The notes below the pieces were generated by a model. That model saw nothing but the letters and a program-made list of their open reading frames with translations, was not told the DNA's origin and did no database searches. This document shows, one piece after another, positions 1 through 9,976 of a DNA stretch of 52,868 bases. The stretch lies in contig CALXAE010000002.1 of the NCBI GenBank assembly GCA_944386205.1, forward strand, positions 1 to 52,868. The letters run 5' to 3'. How positions within the stretch are numbered: the stretch's first letter is position 1; each line of letters opens with the position of its first letter. The position numbers were made by a program, and so were the translations under genes. This stretch comes from an uncultured Clostridia bacterium (GTDB lineage: Bacteria > Bacillota > Clostridia > TANB77 > CAG-508).

Positions 1-113
1 TGGTCGAGTGAAGGATGAATATATGTGGTTGATAGTTTATTCATATAGCAATATATGTTAGATTTGAAAGTTATTTATATTTGTTTTAACAGCGATTATT
101 ATTAGCTTTATAG

Positions 114-148
114 ATTAATGGCAGATAATTTTGTTTATTATCTGCCAT
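114..148. terminator. Stem-loop just beyond the gyrB stop codon (possible bidirectional terminator)
   Basis: Perfect 14-bp inverted repeat taatggcagataat (114-127) / attatctgccatta (135-148) with a 7-nt loop. There is no clean U-tract on the gyrB (minus) side. Confidence 0.4.
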
Positions 149-167
149 TAAATTTTATATAATTTTT

Positions 168-2108
<1,941 letters not shown>

Positions 2109-3191
2109 CTAAAACTCTTGATTTTCTTTTCTAACATTTCCGTCTTTAACATTATATATTAAAATATTTTTATTTTCAAGTTTTATTTTATCTGTACATG
2201 TAATAATGACTTGTATATTTTCAATTTTTTCTAATAAATGTTTTCTTCTTTTTTCATCTAATTCTGACATAAAATCATCTAATAATAGTATTGGATATTC
2301 TCCAATTTCGTCATAGATAATTTCTAATTCCGCCATTTTTAAAGATAAGATTGCTGTTCTGTGTTGTCCTTGAGACCCATATGTACTTAAATCTTTATCA
2401 TTTATTGTTATATAAAAATCATCTCTATGAATTCCCTTTGTTGTATATCCTTTTATAATATCTAATTTTCTTCTTTCTTTTAATAATTGTCTATATTTTT
2501 CTTTACTTTCACAATCTGTATGATATTCTATTTTTATTTCTTCTTTATTATCTGTAATTTCTTGATGAATTTTTGTTATTTTTTCCTGAATTTTTTCTAT
2601 AAATGTTTTTCTATATCCACAAATTATTTCTGCATATTCTATTAATTTTTCATCCCAAATATCTAGCATTTCTTCTGGTTTATGTTCTTCTCTTATTTGT
2701 CTTAAATAATGATTTCTTTCTTCAATGGTTTTTAAATATAAATTTAAATTATACATATAATTTGGTTTTAATTGACTAATCATAATATCTAAAAATCGTC
2801 TTCTATTTTGCGGACCACCTTTTAAAATATGAATATCATCTGGTGTAAAAATTACTACATTAATATTACCTAATAATTCACTTAATTTTTTTAATTTAAT
2901 TCCATTTAAATAAATATTTTTTTTATTTGCTATATCTATTTTTATTTTTCCACATCTATCAGACTTTTCATAAAAAATTTCTATACTTGCATTTTCTTTT
3001 CCAAGTTGAATCATTTCTATATCTTTTTTCGCTCGAAAAGATTTTCCCATACTACATAAAAAAATGCTTTCAATAATATTTGTTTTTCCTTGTGCATTTT
3101 CTCCATAAAAAACATTTATATGATTATTTAATTCTATATTTTCTTTTTCATAATTCCTAAAATTAATTAAATTGATCTTACTTATCCACAT
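2109..3191 (-). CDS. recF: DNA replication/repair protein RecF
   Basis: INLINFRNYE N-terminus, Walker A GENAQGKTN, Walker B LLLDDFMSELD. The start is moved from ORF-track 3203 to ATG 3191 (MWISK...) because GGAG lies 6 nt upstream. ATG 3203 has no SD. Confidence 0.93.
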   Translation of the reverse strand: MWISKINLINFRNYEKENIELNNHINVFYGENAQGKTNIIESIFLCSMGKSFRAKKDIEMIQLGKENASIEIFYEKSDRCGKIKIDIANKKNIYLNGIKLKKLSELLGNINVVIFTPDDIHILKGGPQNRRRFLDIMISQLKPNYMYNLNLYLKTIEERNHYLRQIREEHKPEEMLDIWDEKLIEYAEIICGYRKTFIEKIQEKITKIHQEITDNKEEIKIEYHTDCESKEKYRQLLKERRKLDIIKGYTTKGIHRDDFYITINDKDLSTYGSQGQHRTAILSLKMAELEIIYDEIGEYPILLLDDFMSELDEKRRKHLLEKIENIQVIITCTDKIKLENKNILIYNVKDGNVRKENQEF

Positions 3192-3281
3192 ATTCTTCTC
3201 CATTTGTGTAAAACTTTTTTATCTTTTTTATTCTATTTTTTTCTAATTTTTCTGATTTTTTTCATTATTTTTTAACATTAA

Positions 3282-3323
3282 ATTATATTATTAAAAAATA
3301 AAATCGTCTTATTTTTGATTTTC
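3282..3323 (-). promoter_or_regulatory. Promoter-like 42-nt module, copy 1 (reads toward recF)
   Basis: Minus strand reads gaaaatcaaaaatAAGACGattttattttttaataaTATAAT: a -35-like AAGACG, a 17-nt spacer, a perfect -10 and an A-rich UP-like region. Its first 18 nt (gaaaatcaaaaataagac) are identical to the first 18 nt of the 11365-11406 copy. Confidence 0.5.
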
Positions 3324-3386
3324 ACGCGTTGTTTTTTTTCAAAAAATTAATTTTTAATTTTAATTTTTTTATTTTTTATATATAAA

Positions 3387-3428
3387 ATTATATTATTAAA
3401 AAATAAAATTAGCTTATTTTTGATTTTC
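3387..3428 (-). promoter_or_regulatory. Promoter-like 42-nt module, copy 2 (tandem duplicate, 105 bp upstream of copy 1)
   Basis: Minus strand reads gaaaatcaaaaatAAGCTAattttattttttaataaTATAAT. The length and -10 match copy 1; the -35 is weaker. Confidence 0.4.
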
Positions 3429-4069
3429 GTGTGTTGTTTTTTTCTATTTTTTTATATTTTTTCTTTTTTCAATTTTTTTAATAATTGTTCATAATTATTT
3501 TTTTTATAATATTTTATTAGATTATTTATTTATTATTTATTTTTTTTTTATTTTTTAATTAATTAATTATTTATTTATTTTTTTTATTAATTATTTTTCT
3601 AAATTAAATAAAAATAATTTATTAATTTTTATTTAATTTATTTTTTTTATATTTTATTTTTTATATTATTTTTAAAAAATTTTTATTTTATTTTTTTTAA
3701 TTTTTTTATTTTTTTAATATATTTTTATTTTCTTTTTTTCTAATTTATTCTTTTTTTTTCGATTTTATTCTATTTTTTTCATTTTTCATTTTTTATATTT
3801 TATTACATTTTATTATATTCTTTTGTTTTCTTTTTTTTTCTAATTTATTCTATTTTTTTTAATTTTTTTCTAATTTATTTAAATTTGCTTTTATTGTATT
3901 TTTATTATATTTTGAATGTTTATATCTTATTTTTTTGTTTGTTATCCACAATTCGTTAATAATCTGTGAATAATACAATATTATTTTTTATAATAATTGC
4001 AAATTCCTATAATTTAAAAGAAAGGTAGAATTTCTTCCACCTTGTCAAAATTGTAAATATTTTTCAATC

Positions 4070-5188
4070 TTAATCCTCTTTTAGTCTAATTGGTAAAATC
4101 ATATAAACATAATCATTATTTTCCACTGATTTTATTAAACATGGAGAAATACTACTTCCAAATTCTATATATACTTCTTCATCATCAATCGCTTTCAAAC
4201 TATCTAAAAAATACTTTGGATTAAAACCAACTTCAAGGTTTTTTCCCTCTGTTGAAACATATAATTCTTCTTTTGCATCTCCTGTTTGATTTGTACATAA
4301 AATCGTTACTTTTCCGATATCTACCTGTACTTTTACAGGATATTTTTTTTCTTTTTCTACTGATGAAGAAGAAATTAAACTAATTCTTTCAAAACTATCT
4401 TGTATATTGTTTTTATTTACTCTTATTCTTGTTTCCCAAGTATTTGGAATAACGTTTTTATAGTTTAAGAATTCTCCATCTAAAATTCTTGTAACAATTT
4501 TACAATTATCCATTTCAAATAAAGCCTGGTTCTTAGAAACCCCTATTTTTATTGGTTCAAATGAATCTGTAATTATTTTATTTAATTCAATTAATGTTTT
4601 TCCTGGTATAACTGCACTAAAATCATTGCTTTGTTTTGTTAAAAAAATTGTTCTTAATGCTAATCTAAAACCATCTACAGCGACTAAACTTAATTTATTA
4701 TTTTGAATCTCAAATAAACATCCTGTAAATATCGGTCTACTTTCTTCAGTACTTGCTGCAAAAATTGTTCTTCTAATCATATTTTTTAATACATTTTGAT
4801 CTATTTCTATAGAATTTTCTACTTCTATTTTAGGTAATTCTGGGAATTCTTCTGGATTCATAGTTGCTAATTTATATAAAGAACCTTCACATTCTATTTC
4901 TAGTAAATTATTTGTATTTACTGATATTTTTATTTCTGTATCAGGTAATTTTCTAATAATTTCACTAAACATGATTGCATTTACAACTGTACTTCCCTGT
5001 TCTTCTACTTCACATTCCATTACATATTCTATTCCTATTTCTAAATCATAGGTTGTTAATTTTATTTCATTATCATTTGTTTGAATAAAAATTCCTTCTA
5101 GTATAGGCATTGTTGTTTTAGAAGCTACACCTTTTACTACGGAATTTAAGGCTTTAATCATTTTGTCTTTATAACAAATTATCTTCAT
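4070..5188 (-). CDS. dnaN: DNA polymerase III beta sliding clamp
   Basis: ~372 aa, located between dnaA and recF. N-terminus MKIICYKDKMIKALNSVVKGVASKTTMPILEGIFIQ is typical of beta clamps. The start is set at the second ATG (5188), which is 8 nt after AGGAGG. The first ATG (5194) is only 2 nt from the SD. Confidence 0.95.
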   Translation of the reverse strand: MKIICYKDKMIKALNSVVKGVASKTTMPILEGIFIQTNDNEIKLTTYDLEIGIEYVMECEVEEQGSTVVNAIMFSEIIRKLPDTEIKISVNTNNLLEIECEGSLYKLATMNPEEFPELPKIEVENSIEIDQNVLKNMIRRTIFAASTEESRPIFTGCLFEIQNNKLSLVAVDGFRLALRTIFLTKQSNDFSAVIPGKTLIELNKIITDSFEPIKIGVSKNQALFEMDNCKIVTRILDGEFLNYKNVIPNTWETRIRVNKNNIQDSFERISLISSSSVEKEKKYPVKVQVDIGKVTILCTNQTGDAKEELYVSTEGKNLEVGFNPKYFLDSLKAIDDEEVYIEFGSSISPCLIKSVENNDYVYMILPIRLKED

Positions 5189-5194
5189 GGCCAT

Positions 5195-5411
5195 TTCCTC
5201 CTTATAATTAATATAATATTTTTAGTAGTAATAGTATTAGGGGCTGTGGAAACTGTGGAAAACTATGTTGATAGTTACAATCCCTAGCAAAATTACTGTT
5301 TATAATTCAGTGGAAAACTTTAAATTTTATCCACATCGTTTTGTTACAATTGTGTAAAACTAAGTTATAAACACTTTTTAAACAGGTTATTAACAGTAAG
5401 GCTGTGGATAG
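5195..5411. other. oriC core in the dnaA-dnaN spacer: DnaA boxes, GC cluster, DnaA-trios, AT-rich unwinding stretch
   Basis: DnaA boxes: tgtggatag 5403-5411, perfect ttatccaca 5327-5335, agtggaaaa 5299-5307, tgtggaaaa 5254-5262, tgtggaaac 5245-5253. Then gggc (5241-5244), six consecutive trios tag-tag-taa-tag-tat-tag (5223-5240), and pure A/T down to the dnaN SD. Confidence 0.85.
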
Positions 5412-5511
5412 TCTTTTAAGCTATTCCGTAAGAATAGAAAGAATATCTTTTTGGGAACAAATTTTCTGTCAAACACAAATTTTAAAAATGTGTTTACAAA
5501 GTGCAATTTTA

Positions 5512-6870
5512 TTATTGTTTTCCATTTATGATAATGTTTTTCACACTATCCACAATTAACTTAGTATTACTTTTTTCTTTTACTTCTTTTTCTATTTTTT
5601 TACAAGCATGCATAACTGTTGAATGATCTCTTCCCCCAAAGTCAACGCCAATCTGTGGAAAAGACATATTAGCTACTTCTCTGCACAAATACATTGCAAT
5701 TTGCCTTGGAAAAGCAATATCGTTTGAACGTTTATTTCCAGCTAAATCATCTTTATCAATACTAAAATATTTAGCAACAGTTTCTTTAATAAAATCACAA
5801 GAAATTACTTTTTCACTTTCATATTTGAATTCATTAATGATATTTTCTGCTAATTCTATAGTTATTGGACTATGAATTAAAGAGGCTCTTGCTACAATTT
5901 TATTAAATACTCCTTCTAATTCTCTAATGTTAGAATCAATTTTATTAGCTATATCAGATAAAATAAAATCGTCAATTAAAATATTTTCATCTTGTGCTTT
6001 TTTTCTTAAAATAGCTAAACGCGTTTCATAATCTGGGCAAGAAATGTCTGCAAGTAATCCCCATTCAAACCTAGACTTTAACCTATCTTCTAAGAATTGA
6101 ATGTCTCTAGGAGGTTTATCACTAGAGATAATAATTTGTCTACCGTCTTCATATAGAGAATTAAATGTGTGGAAAAATTCTTCCTGAATACGTTCTTTAC
6201 CTGCTATAAATTGAATATCATCTATTAGAAGGACATCAATACTTCTGTATTTATTTCTAAATACTTCGTTTTTATTGTCTTTAATAGCATTTACTAATTG
6301 ATTAGTAAATTTTTCTGATGTAACATATAACACATTAGTATTGGCACTATTTTCTAAAATACGATTTCCAATTGCATGCATTAAGTGAGTTTTTCCTAGT
6401 CCAACTCCTCCATATAAAAATAATGGATTATACGCCTTTCCTGGTTCATTCCCTACTGCAAGAGCTGCTGCATGTGCAAAACGATTACTGTTTCCAACAA
6501 CAAAGGTTTCAAAGGTATATTTTGGATTTAAAGTAGATTTATTTGTTTCTACTTCAGCTGAGTTTGAATTTTTATTATCTTTAATAACCAATTCATCACC
6601 TTTGGTGTTTTGATCCTCTTTAGATAGGTCTATAACAGAAAATGTCCAATCTTTATTAGTTATATATCGTAAAGTATTAAAAATTAAACTTCTGTATTTA
6701 TTTTCTATAAAATCTTTTTGAAATTCTGAAATGGTTGTAAAAACAATATTATCACCATCAATACTTCTTATGTCTAAAGGTAAAATCCAAGTATCATAAG
6801 ATATTTTTGTAACTTCTGGTTTTAGTAGTTCTTTTATTTTTGCAACTAATTCTTCTTTATCGATTGCCAT
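5512..6870 (-). CDS. dnaA: Chromosomal replication initiator DnaA
   Basis: Walker A GGVGLGKTHL, Walker B VLLIDDIQF, C-terminal DNA-binding signature IAFPRQIAMYLCRE...GGRDHSTVMHA. Start set at ATG 6870 (MAIDKEEL). The 14-codon ORF-track extension to 6912 reads through two DnaA boxes and lacks an SD. Confidence 0.96.
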   Translation of the reverse strand: MAIDKEELVAKIKELLKPEVTKISYDTWILPLDIRSIDGDNIVFTTISEFQKDFIENKYRSLIFNTLRYITNKDWTFSVIDLSKEDQNTKGDELVIKDNKNSNSAEVETNKSTLNPKYTFETFVVGNSNRFAHAAALAVGNEPGKAYNPLFLYGGVGLGKTHLMHAIGNRILENSANTNVLYVTSEKFTNQLVNAIKDNKNEVFRNKYRSIDVLLIDDIQFIAGKERIQEEFFHTFNSLYEDGRQIIISSDKPPRDIQFLEDRLKSRFEWGLLADISCPDYETRLAILRKKAQDENILIDDFILSDIANKIDSNIRELEGVFNKIVARASLIHSPITIELAENIINEFKYESEKVISCDFIKETVAKYFSIDKDDLAGNKRSNDIAFPRQIAMYLCREVANMSFPQIGVDFGGRDHSTVMHACKKIEKEVKEKSNTKLIVDSVKNIIINGKQ

Positions 6871-6882
6871 TTTATCATCCCT

Positions 6883-7103
6883 TCTTAAAAAGTTATCCAC
6901 AAAGTTATCCACAATTGTTGATAATATTGTAATAATTCTGTAAAGAAATATGTTTTTTATGCGAACAAAAATTTAAGTATTTTCAACAAAAAATGAATAT
7001 TTTTTGTACATTCCATATAATAACAAAATTATATAAAATAAGTCAATACAATTGTGGAAAAAATTTTTTTATTGTGGAAAACATCTTAAAAAACTGTGGA
7101 AAA
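6883..7103. other. Upstream oriC / dnaA autoregulatory DnaA-box cluster
   Basis: Perfect ttatccaca at 6883-6891 and 6895-6903. tgtggaaaa (one mismatch, opposite orientation) at 7053-7061, 7073-7081 and 7095-7103. Confidence 0.85.
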
Positions 7104-7218
7104 CTATAGTTTTTTTACAAAAATATTACAAAAAAATTTATATAATATTAAGTTAAAGGTTAAATTTTTCTAAACAATAAAAAATAAAACACAGAAATGA
7201 AAAAATATGGAAAAGCCC

Positions 7219-7248
7219 TTGACAACGCAAGTAAACTTAATGTATAAT
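7219..7248 (+). promoter_or_regulatory. Sigma-A type promoter of rpmH
   Basis: TTGACA (7219-7224), 18-nt spacer ending in TG, TATAAT (7243-7248), ~75 nt upstream of the rpmH ATG. Confidence 0.7.
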
Positions 7249-7323
7249 CGATATGCTAACTTTTTTGCAAATATTTTCCGTTTAGGAATTTATATATATA
7301 AAAACAATAGGAGGTGCGAGTAG

Positions 7324-7458
7324 ATGAAAAGAACATATCAACCAAAAAACAGACAAGAAAAGAAAGAACACGGATTTATGAAAAGAATGAAAACAAGATC
7401 AGGACAAAATATATTAAAGGCAAGAAGAGCAAAAGGTAGAAAAAAATTAAGTGCTTAG
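7324..7458 (+). CDS. rpmH: 50S ribosomal protein L34
   Basis: Not in the ORF track because it is too short. Hand translation: [46 protein letters not shown] aggagg lies upstream. Canonical position between dnaA and rnpA. Confidence 0.95.
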   Translation: MKRTYQPKNRQEKKEHGFMKRMKTRSGQNILKARRAKGRKKLSA

Positions 7459-7515
7459 TTTAATATATTAAAGTTATTTTTGTAGTAAAGGAAAAGGCAA
7501 TTTTCCTATACCATG

Positions 7516-7542
7516 AAAAAGGCCGCAATCGCGAGCCTTTTT
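7516..7542 (+). terminator. GC-cored hairpin between rpmH and rnpA (terminator/attenuator)
   Basis: aaaaaggc / gccttttt stem enclosing cgc-aatc-gcg. The T-run forms the 3' side. Confidence 0.5.
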
Positions 7543-7606
7543 CGGTAAATAGAAATGTTTTTTTCATTTTTTTAGGCTTTTCTTGACGATAGAAAAGGGG
7601 TTAAGA

Positions 7607-7954
7607 ATGAAATATACAAAAATGTTAAAGAAAAATTACGAATTTAGAAATGTTTTAAACAGAGGAAAACCATATTTTGGAAAATATATAGTGGTTTTTA
7701 TAAAAAAAAATAATAAGCACGAAAACTTTTTAGGAATTGCTATTAGTTCAAAATTAGGAAAAGCAGTTAAAAGAAACTATGTTAAAAGAATTATTAGAGA
7801 AAATTATAAAAATATAGAAAATCAAATAAAAATAGGCTATGACATGGTTTTTTTATGGAAAAAGCAGAAAGATATTAGACAAGCTTGTTATTCATATGTG
7901 GAAAAAGATATCCAAAAAATTTTTAAAGAAGCAGAAATGTTTTTAGAGGAATAG
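7607..7954 (+). CDS. rnpA: Ribonuclease P protein component
   Basis: [24 protein letters not shown] and the basic motif [14 protein letters not shown]. Start set at ATG 7607 (aaagggg SD) rather than TTG 7583. Confidence 0.9.
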   Translation: MKYTKMLKKNYEFRNVLNRGKPYFGKYIVVFIKKNNKHENFLGIAISSKLGKAVKRNYVKRIIRENYKNIENQIKIGYDMVFLWKKQKDIRQACYSYVEKDIQKIFKEAEMFLEE

Positions 7955-7955
7955 A

Positions 7956-8174
7956 ATGAAAAAAATTATATTAAAATTCATCAATTTTTATCAAAAACAT
8001 ATCTCTTATTGGTTAGAAGAGAAAGGCGTAAGATGTAAATACTATCCTACATGTTCAGAATATGCAAAGCAAGCAATTGAAAAATATGGCATATTTAAGG
8101 GTGGTTTGTTAGCGATAAAGAGAATATTGAGGTGTAATCCTTTCTCAAAAGGTGGATATGATCCATTAAAGTGA
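7956..8174 (+). CDS. yidD: Membrane protein insertion efficiency factor YidD
   Basis: [44 protein letters not shown] is the YidD signature. Located between rnpA and yidC. Confidence 0.92.
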   Translation: MKKIILKFINFYQKHISYWLEEKGVRCKYYPTCSEYAKQAIEKYGIFKGGLLAIKRILRCNPFSKGGYDPLK

Positions 8175-8191
8175 AACTAGGAGGAACGCAA

Positions 8192-9088
8192 ATGTTTCAA
8201 TTTTTTGCAAATATTTTTGGCTACTTGTTATCGTTTATGTATGGTATTATAAACAATTATGGGTTAGCCATTATACTTTTTACAGTTATCATGAAGATAA
8301 TATTTATTCCATTTTCTGTTAAACAGCAAAAAACTTTGAAAAAATCGGCAAAACTTCAGGAAAAAATGAAAATTATTCAGTTTAAGTATAAAAATAATCC
8401 TGAAAAGATGAATCAAGAAGTAATGGAATTATATAAAACTGAAAAAATGAGTCCATTTAGTGGATGCTTAACTGCAATTATACAAATTATTCTTTTATTT
8501 TCAATTTTTTATTTGGTAAGATCACCATTAACATATATGCAAAAAATACCAACAGAAAATATTAATCAATATGTATCACAATTACAGGAAAGTGGCAGAG
8601 CCGTAAGCACAGCTTATCCAGAAATAGATATTATAAGAGAATATGAATTTTTAAAAGAACAAAACCCAGATGATAAATATATTGATAGGGCAAATCTAGA
8701 AATGAATTTCTTAGGGTTAGATTTAAGTAAAGTACCACAACAGCATTTAACAGATATTACAGTATATATTATCCCTGTATTATATATCCTTTCATCATTT
8801 GTATCAATTAGATTGTCAACTTCAATGCAAGAAAAGACGCAGAAAGAAGCAAAAGATGGTGTTATACTTGAAGAAACAACTGGAAAAGAATTAGTTCCAG
8901 AAGAAAAGAATGAAATGGATGCTATAATGCAAACTAATAAGATGATGTCATGGTTTATGCCATTAATGTCTTTATCAGTTGCTATTATTGCACCATTAGG
9001 ACTAGCTTTATATTGGTTAACAAATAATATTTTGATGATCTTAGAAAGATTAATTTTAAATAAAGTGATAAAATCTGAGGAGGAGTAG
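8192..9088 (+). CDS. yidC: YidC/Oxa1-family membrane insertase (SpoIIIJ-type)
   Basis: Multi-TM protein with YidC core motifs (IILFTVIMKIIFIPF, PFSGCLTAIIQIILLF, LYWLTNNILMI). Start at ATG 8192, 8 nt after aggagg; the ORF-track GTG 8171 is unlikely. Confidence 0.9.
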   Translation: MFQFFANIFGYLLSFMYGIINNYGLAIILFTVIMKIIFIPFSVKQQKTLKKSAKLQEKMKIIQFKYKNNPEKMNQEVMELYKTEKMSPFSGCLTAIIQIILLFSIFYLVRSPLTYMQKIPTENINQYVSQLQESGRAVSTAYPEIDIIREYEFLKEQNPDDKYIDRANLEMNFLGLDLSKVPQQHLTDITVYIIPVLYILSSFVSIRLSTSMQEKTQKEAKDGVILEETTGKELVPEEKNEMDAIMQTNKMMSWFMPLMSLSVAIIAPLGLALYWLTNNILMILERLILNKVIKSEEE

Positions 9089-9092
9089 CAAG

Positions 9093-9791
9093 ATGGATAA
9101 AACGATTATTTCTGAAGGAAGAACTACAAAAGAAGCCATCGAAAATGGCTTAAAACAATTGAGAGTTCCTAGAGATAAAGTAGAAATAAAAGTATTAGAG
9201 AATGAAGAAAAAAGAAGTTTTTTCAGTATTTTGGCACCAAGAGTAGTTAAAGTAGAAATGAAGTTAAAAGAAGAAAAGGCAGAAAAAAAAGAAATTAAAC
9301 CTAGAAAAATAATAGAATTGACTGAGGAAGAGTTAAATAAAGCAGAAGAAAATGTAAAAAACTTTATAGAAGAATTATTACCACAATTACCAGAAGAAAC
9401 AACATATAACATAAAAAGAGACGAAACAGGCTTAATAGTAGAATTATCTAATAAAAATCTAGGATTTTTAATAGGGTATAGGGGAGAGACATTGTATGCT
9501 TTCCAAAACATTTTATCAGCAATTGCAGGAAGAGAAATTGATAAAAAAGTAAGAGTAATCTTAGATATCGAAGGCTATAAAGAGAAAAGAGAAAAAACAT
9601 TAGAAGAACTTGCAGAAAAGGTTGCAAAAACAGTAATTAGAACAAGAAAACCAATAAAATTAGAACCAATGCAAGCATATGAAAGAAAAATTATACATAG
9701 CAAATTACAACAAAATGATAAAGTACAAACAGAAAGTATAGGAGAAGAACCTAATAGAAGAATTGTAATTTCATTAAAAAAATCAAGGTAA
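9093..9791 (+). CDS. jag: RNA-binding protein Jag/KhpB (Jag_N + KH + R3H)
   Basis: N-terminal EGRTTKEAIENGLKQL, KH-like LGFLIGYRGETLYAFQ, R3H-like ERKIIHSKLQQNDKVQTESIGEEPNRRIVI. Synteny yidC-jag-mnmE. Confidence 0.9.
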   Translation: MDKTIISEGRTTKEAIENGLKQLRVPRDKVEIKVLENEEKRSFFSILAPRVVKVEMKLKEEKAEKKEIKPRKIIELTEEELNKAEENVKNFIEELLPQLPEETTYNIKRDETGLIVELSNKNLGFLIGYRGETLYAFQNILSAIAGREIDKKVRVILDIEGYKEKREKTLEELAEKVAKTVIRTRKPIKLEPMQAYERKIIHSKLQQNDKVQTESIGEEPNRRIVISLKKSR

Positions 9792-9813
9792 TACAAAAAA
9801 ATTAATAAAATTT

Positions 9814-9884
9814 GAGGTCAAAGGTCAAATTTTACAGCAAATGCATGTAATATGACTTTTGACCTCATTTTTTTATTATATGAA
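9814..9884 (+). terminator. Hairpin plus T-run after jag
   Basis: gaggtcaaaggtca (9814-9827) pairs with tgacttttgacctc (9863-9876) with one G.T, followed by ttttttt. Confidence 0.55.
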
Positions 9885-9976
9885 ATTGTATTTTCTAGAA
9901 TATAAAAACAAAAATATTTTAAAAATTGACATAATATGATATAATAATTTAGAATAAAAAAGAGAGGTGTATTTTT

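Larger units (their letters stand above)
3204..4069. repeat. Non-coding, extreme A/T, strand-asymmetric low-complexity tract (T-rich on the plus strand) with internal degenerate repeats
   Basis: No ORF of 60 aa or more in any frame. Stretches such as 3481-3720 contain only a handful of G/C. A ~105-bp tandem duplication is present (3282-3323 vs 3387-3428). The motif ttttttctaatttatt recurs at ~3735, ~3835 and ~3866. Confidence 0.85.

Noticed and set aside
3204-4069. AT tract considered as a CRISPR array, rRNA/ncRNA gene or degraded yaaA
   Set aside because: It has no regularly spaced direct repeats with unique spacers and no conserved RNA motifs that I can recognise. No frame retains S4-like sequence. 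It is kept only as a low-complexity or regulatory tract.
6871-6912. N-terminal extensions in the ORF track (dnaA to 6912; also 18877-18930, 34666-34776, 39322-39441, 28499-28537, 32053-32094, 32429-32512, 7583-7606, 8171-8191)
   Set aside because: Each extension lacks an SD. An internal ATG preceded by a GGAGG-like SD begins the recognisable protein or signal peptide. Several extensions run through promoters or DnaA boxes.
9056-9511. 151-aa minus-strand ORF antisense to jag
   Set aside because: It lies fully inside a well-supported plus-strand gene and has a low-complexity Ser/Phe/Leu-rich translation with no SD. This is a typical shadow ORF in AT-rich coding DNA. The same applies to 719-925, 850-1041, 1283-1483, 10202-10462, 11798-12085, 12953-13153, 13090-13419, 15089-15292 and 16749-17030.
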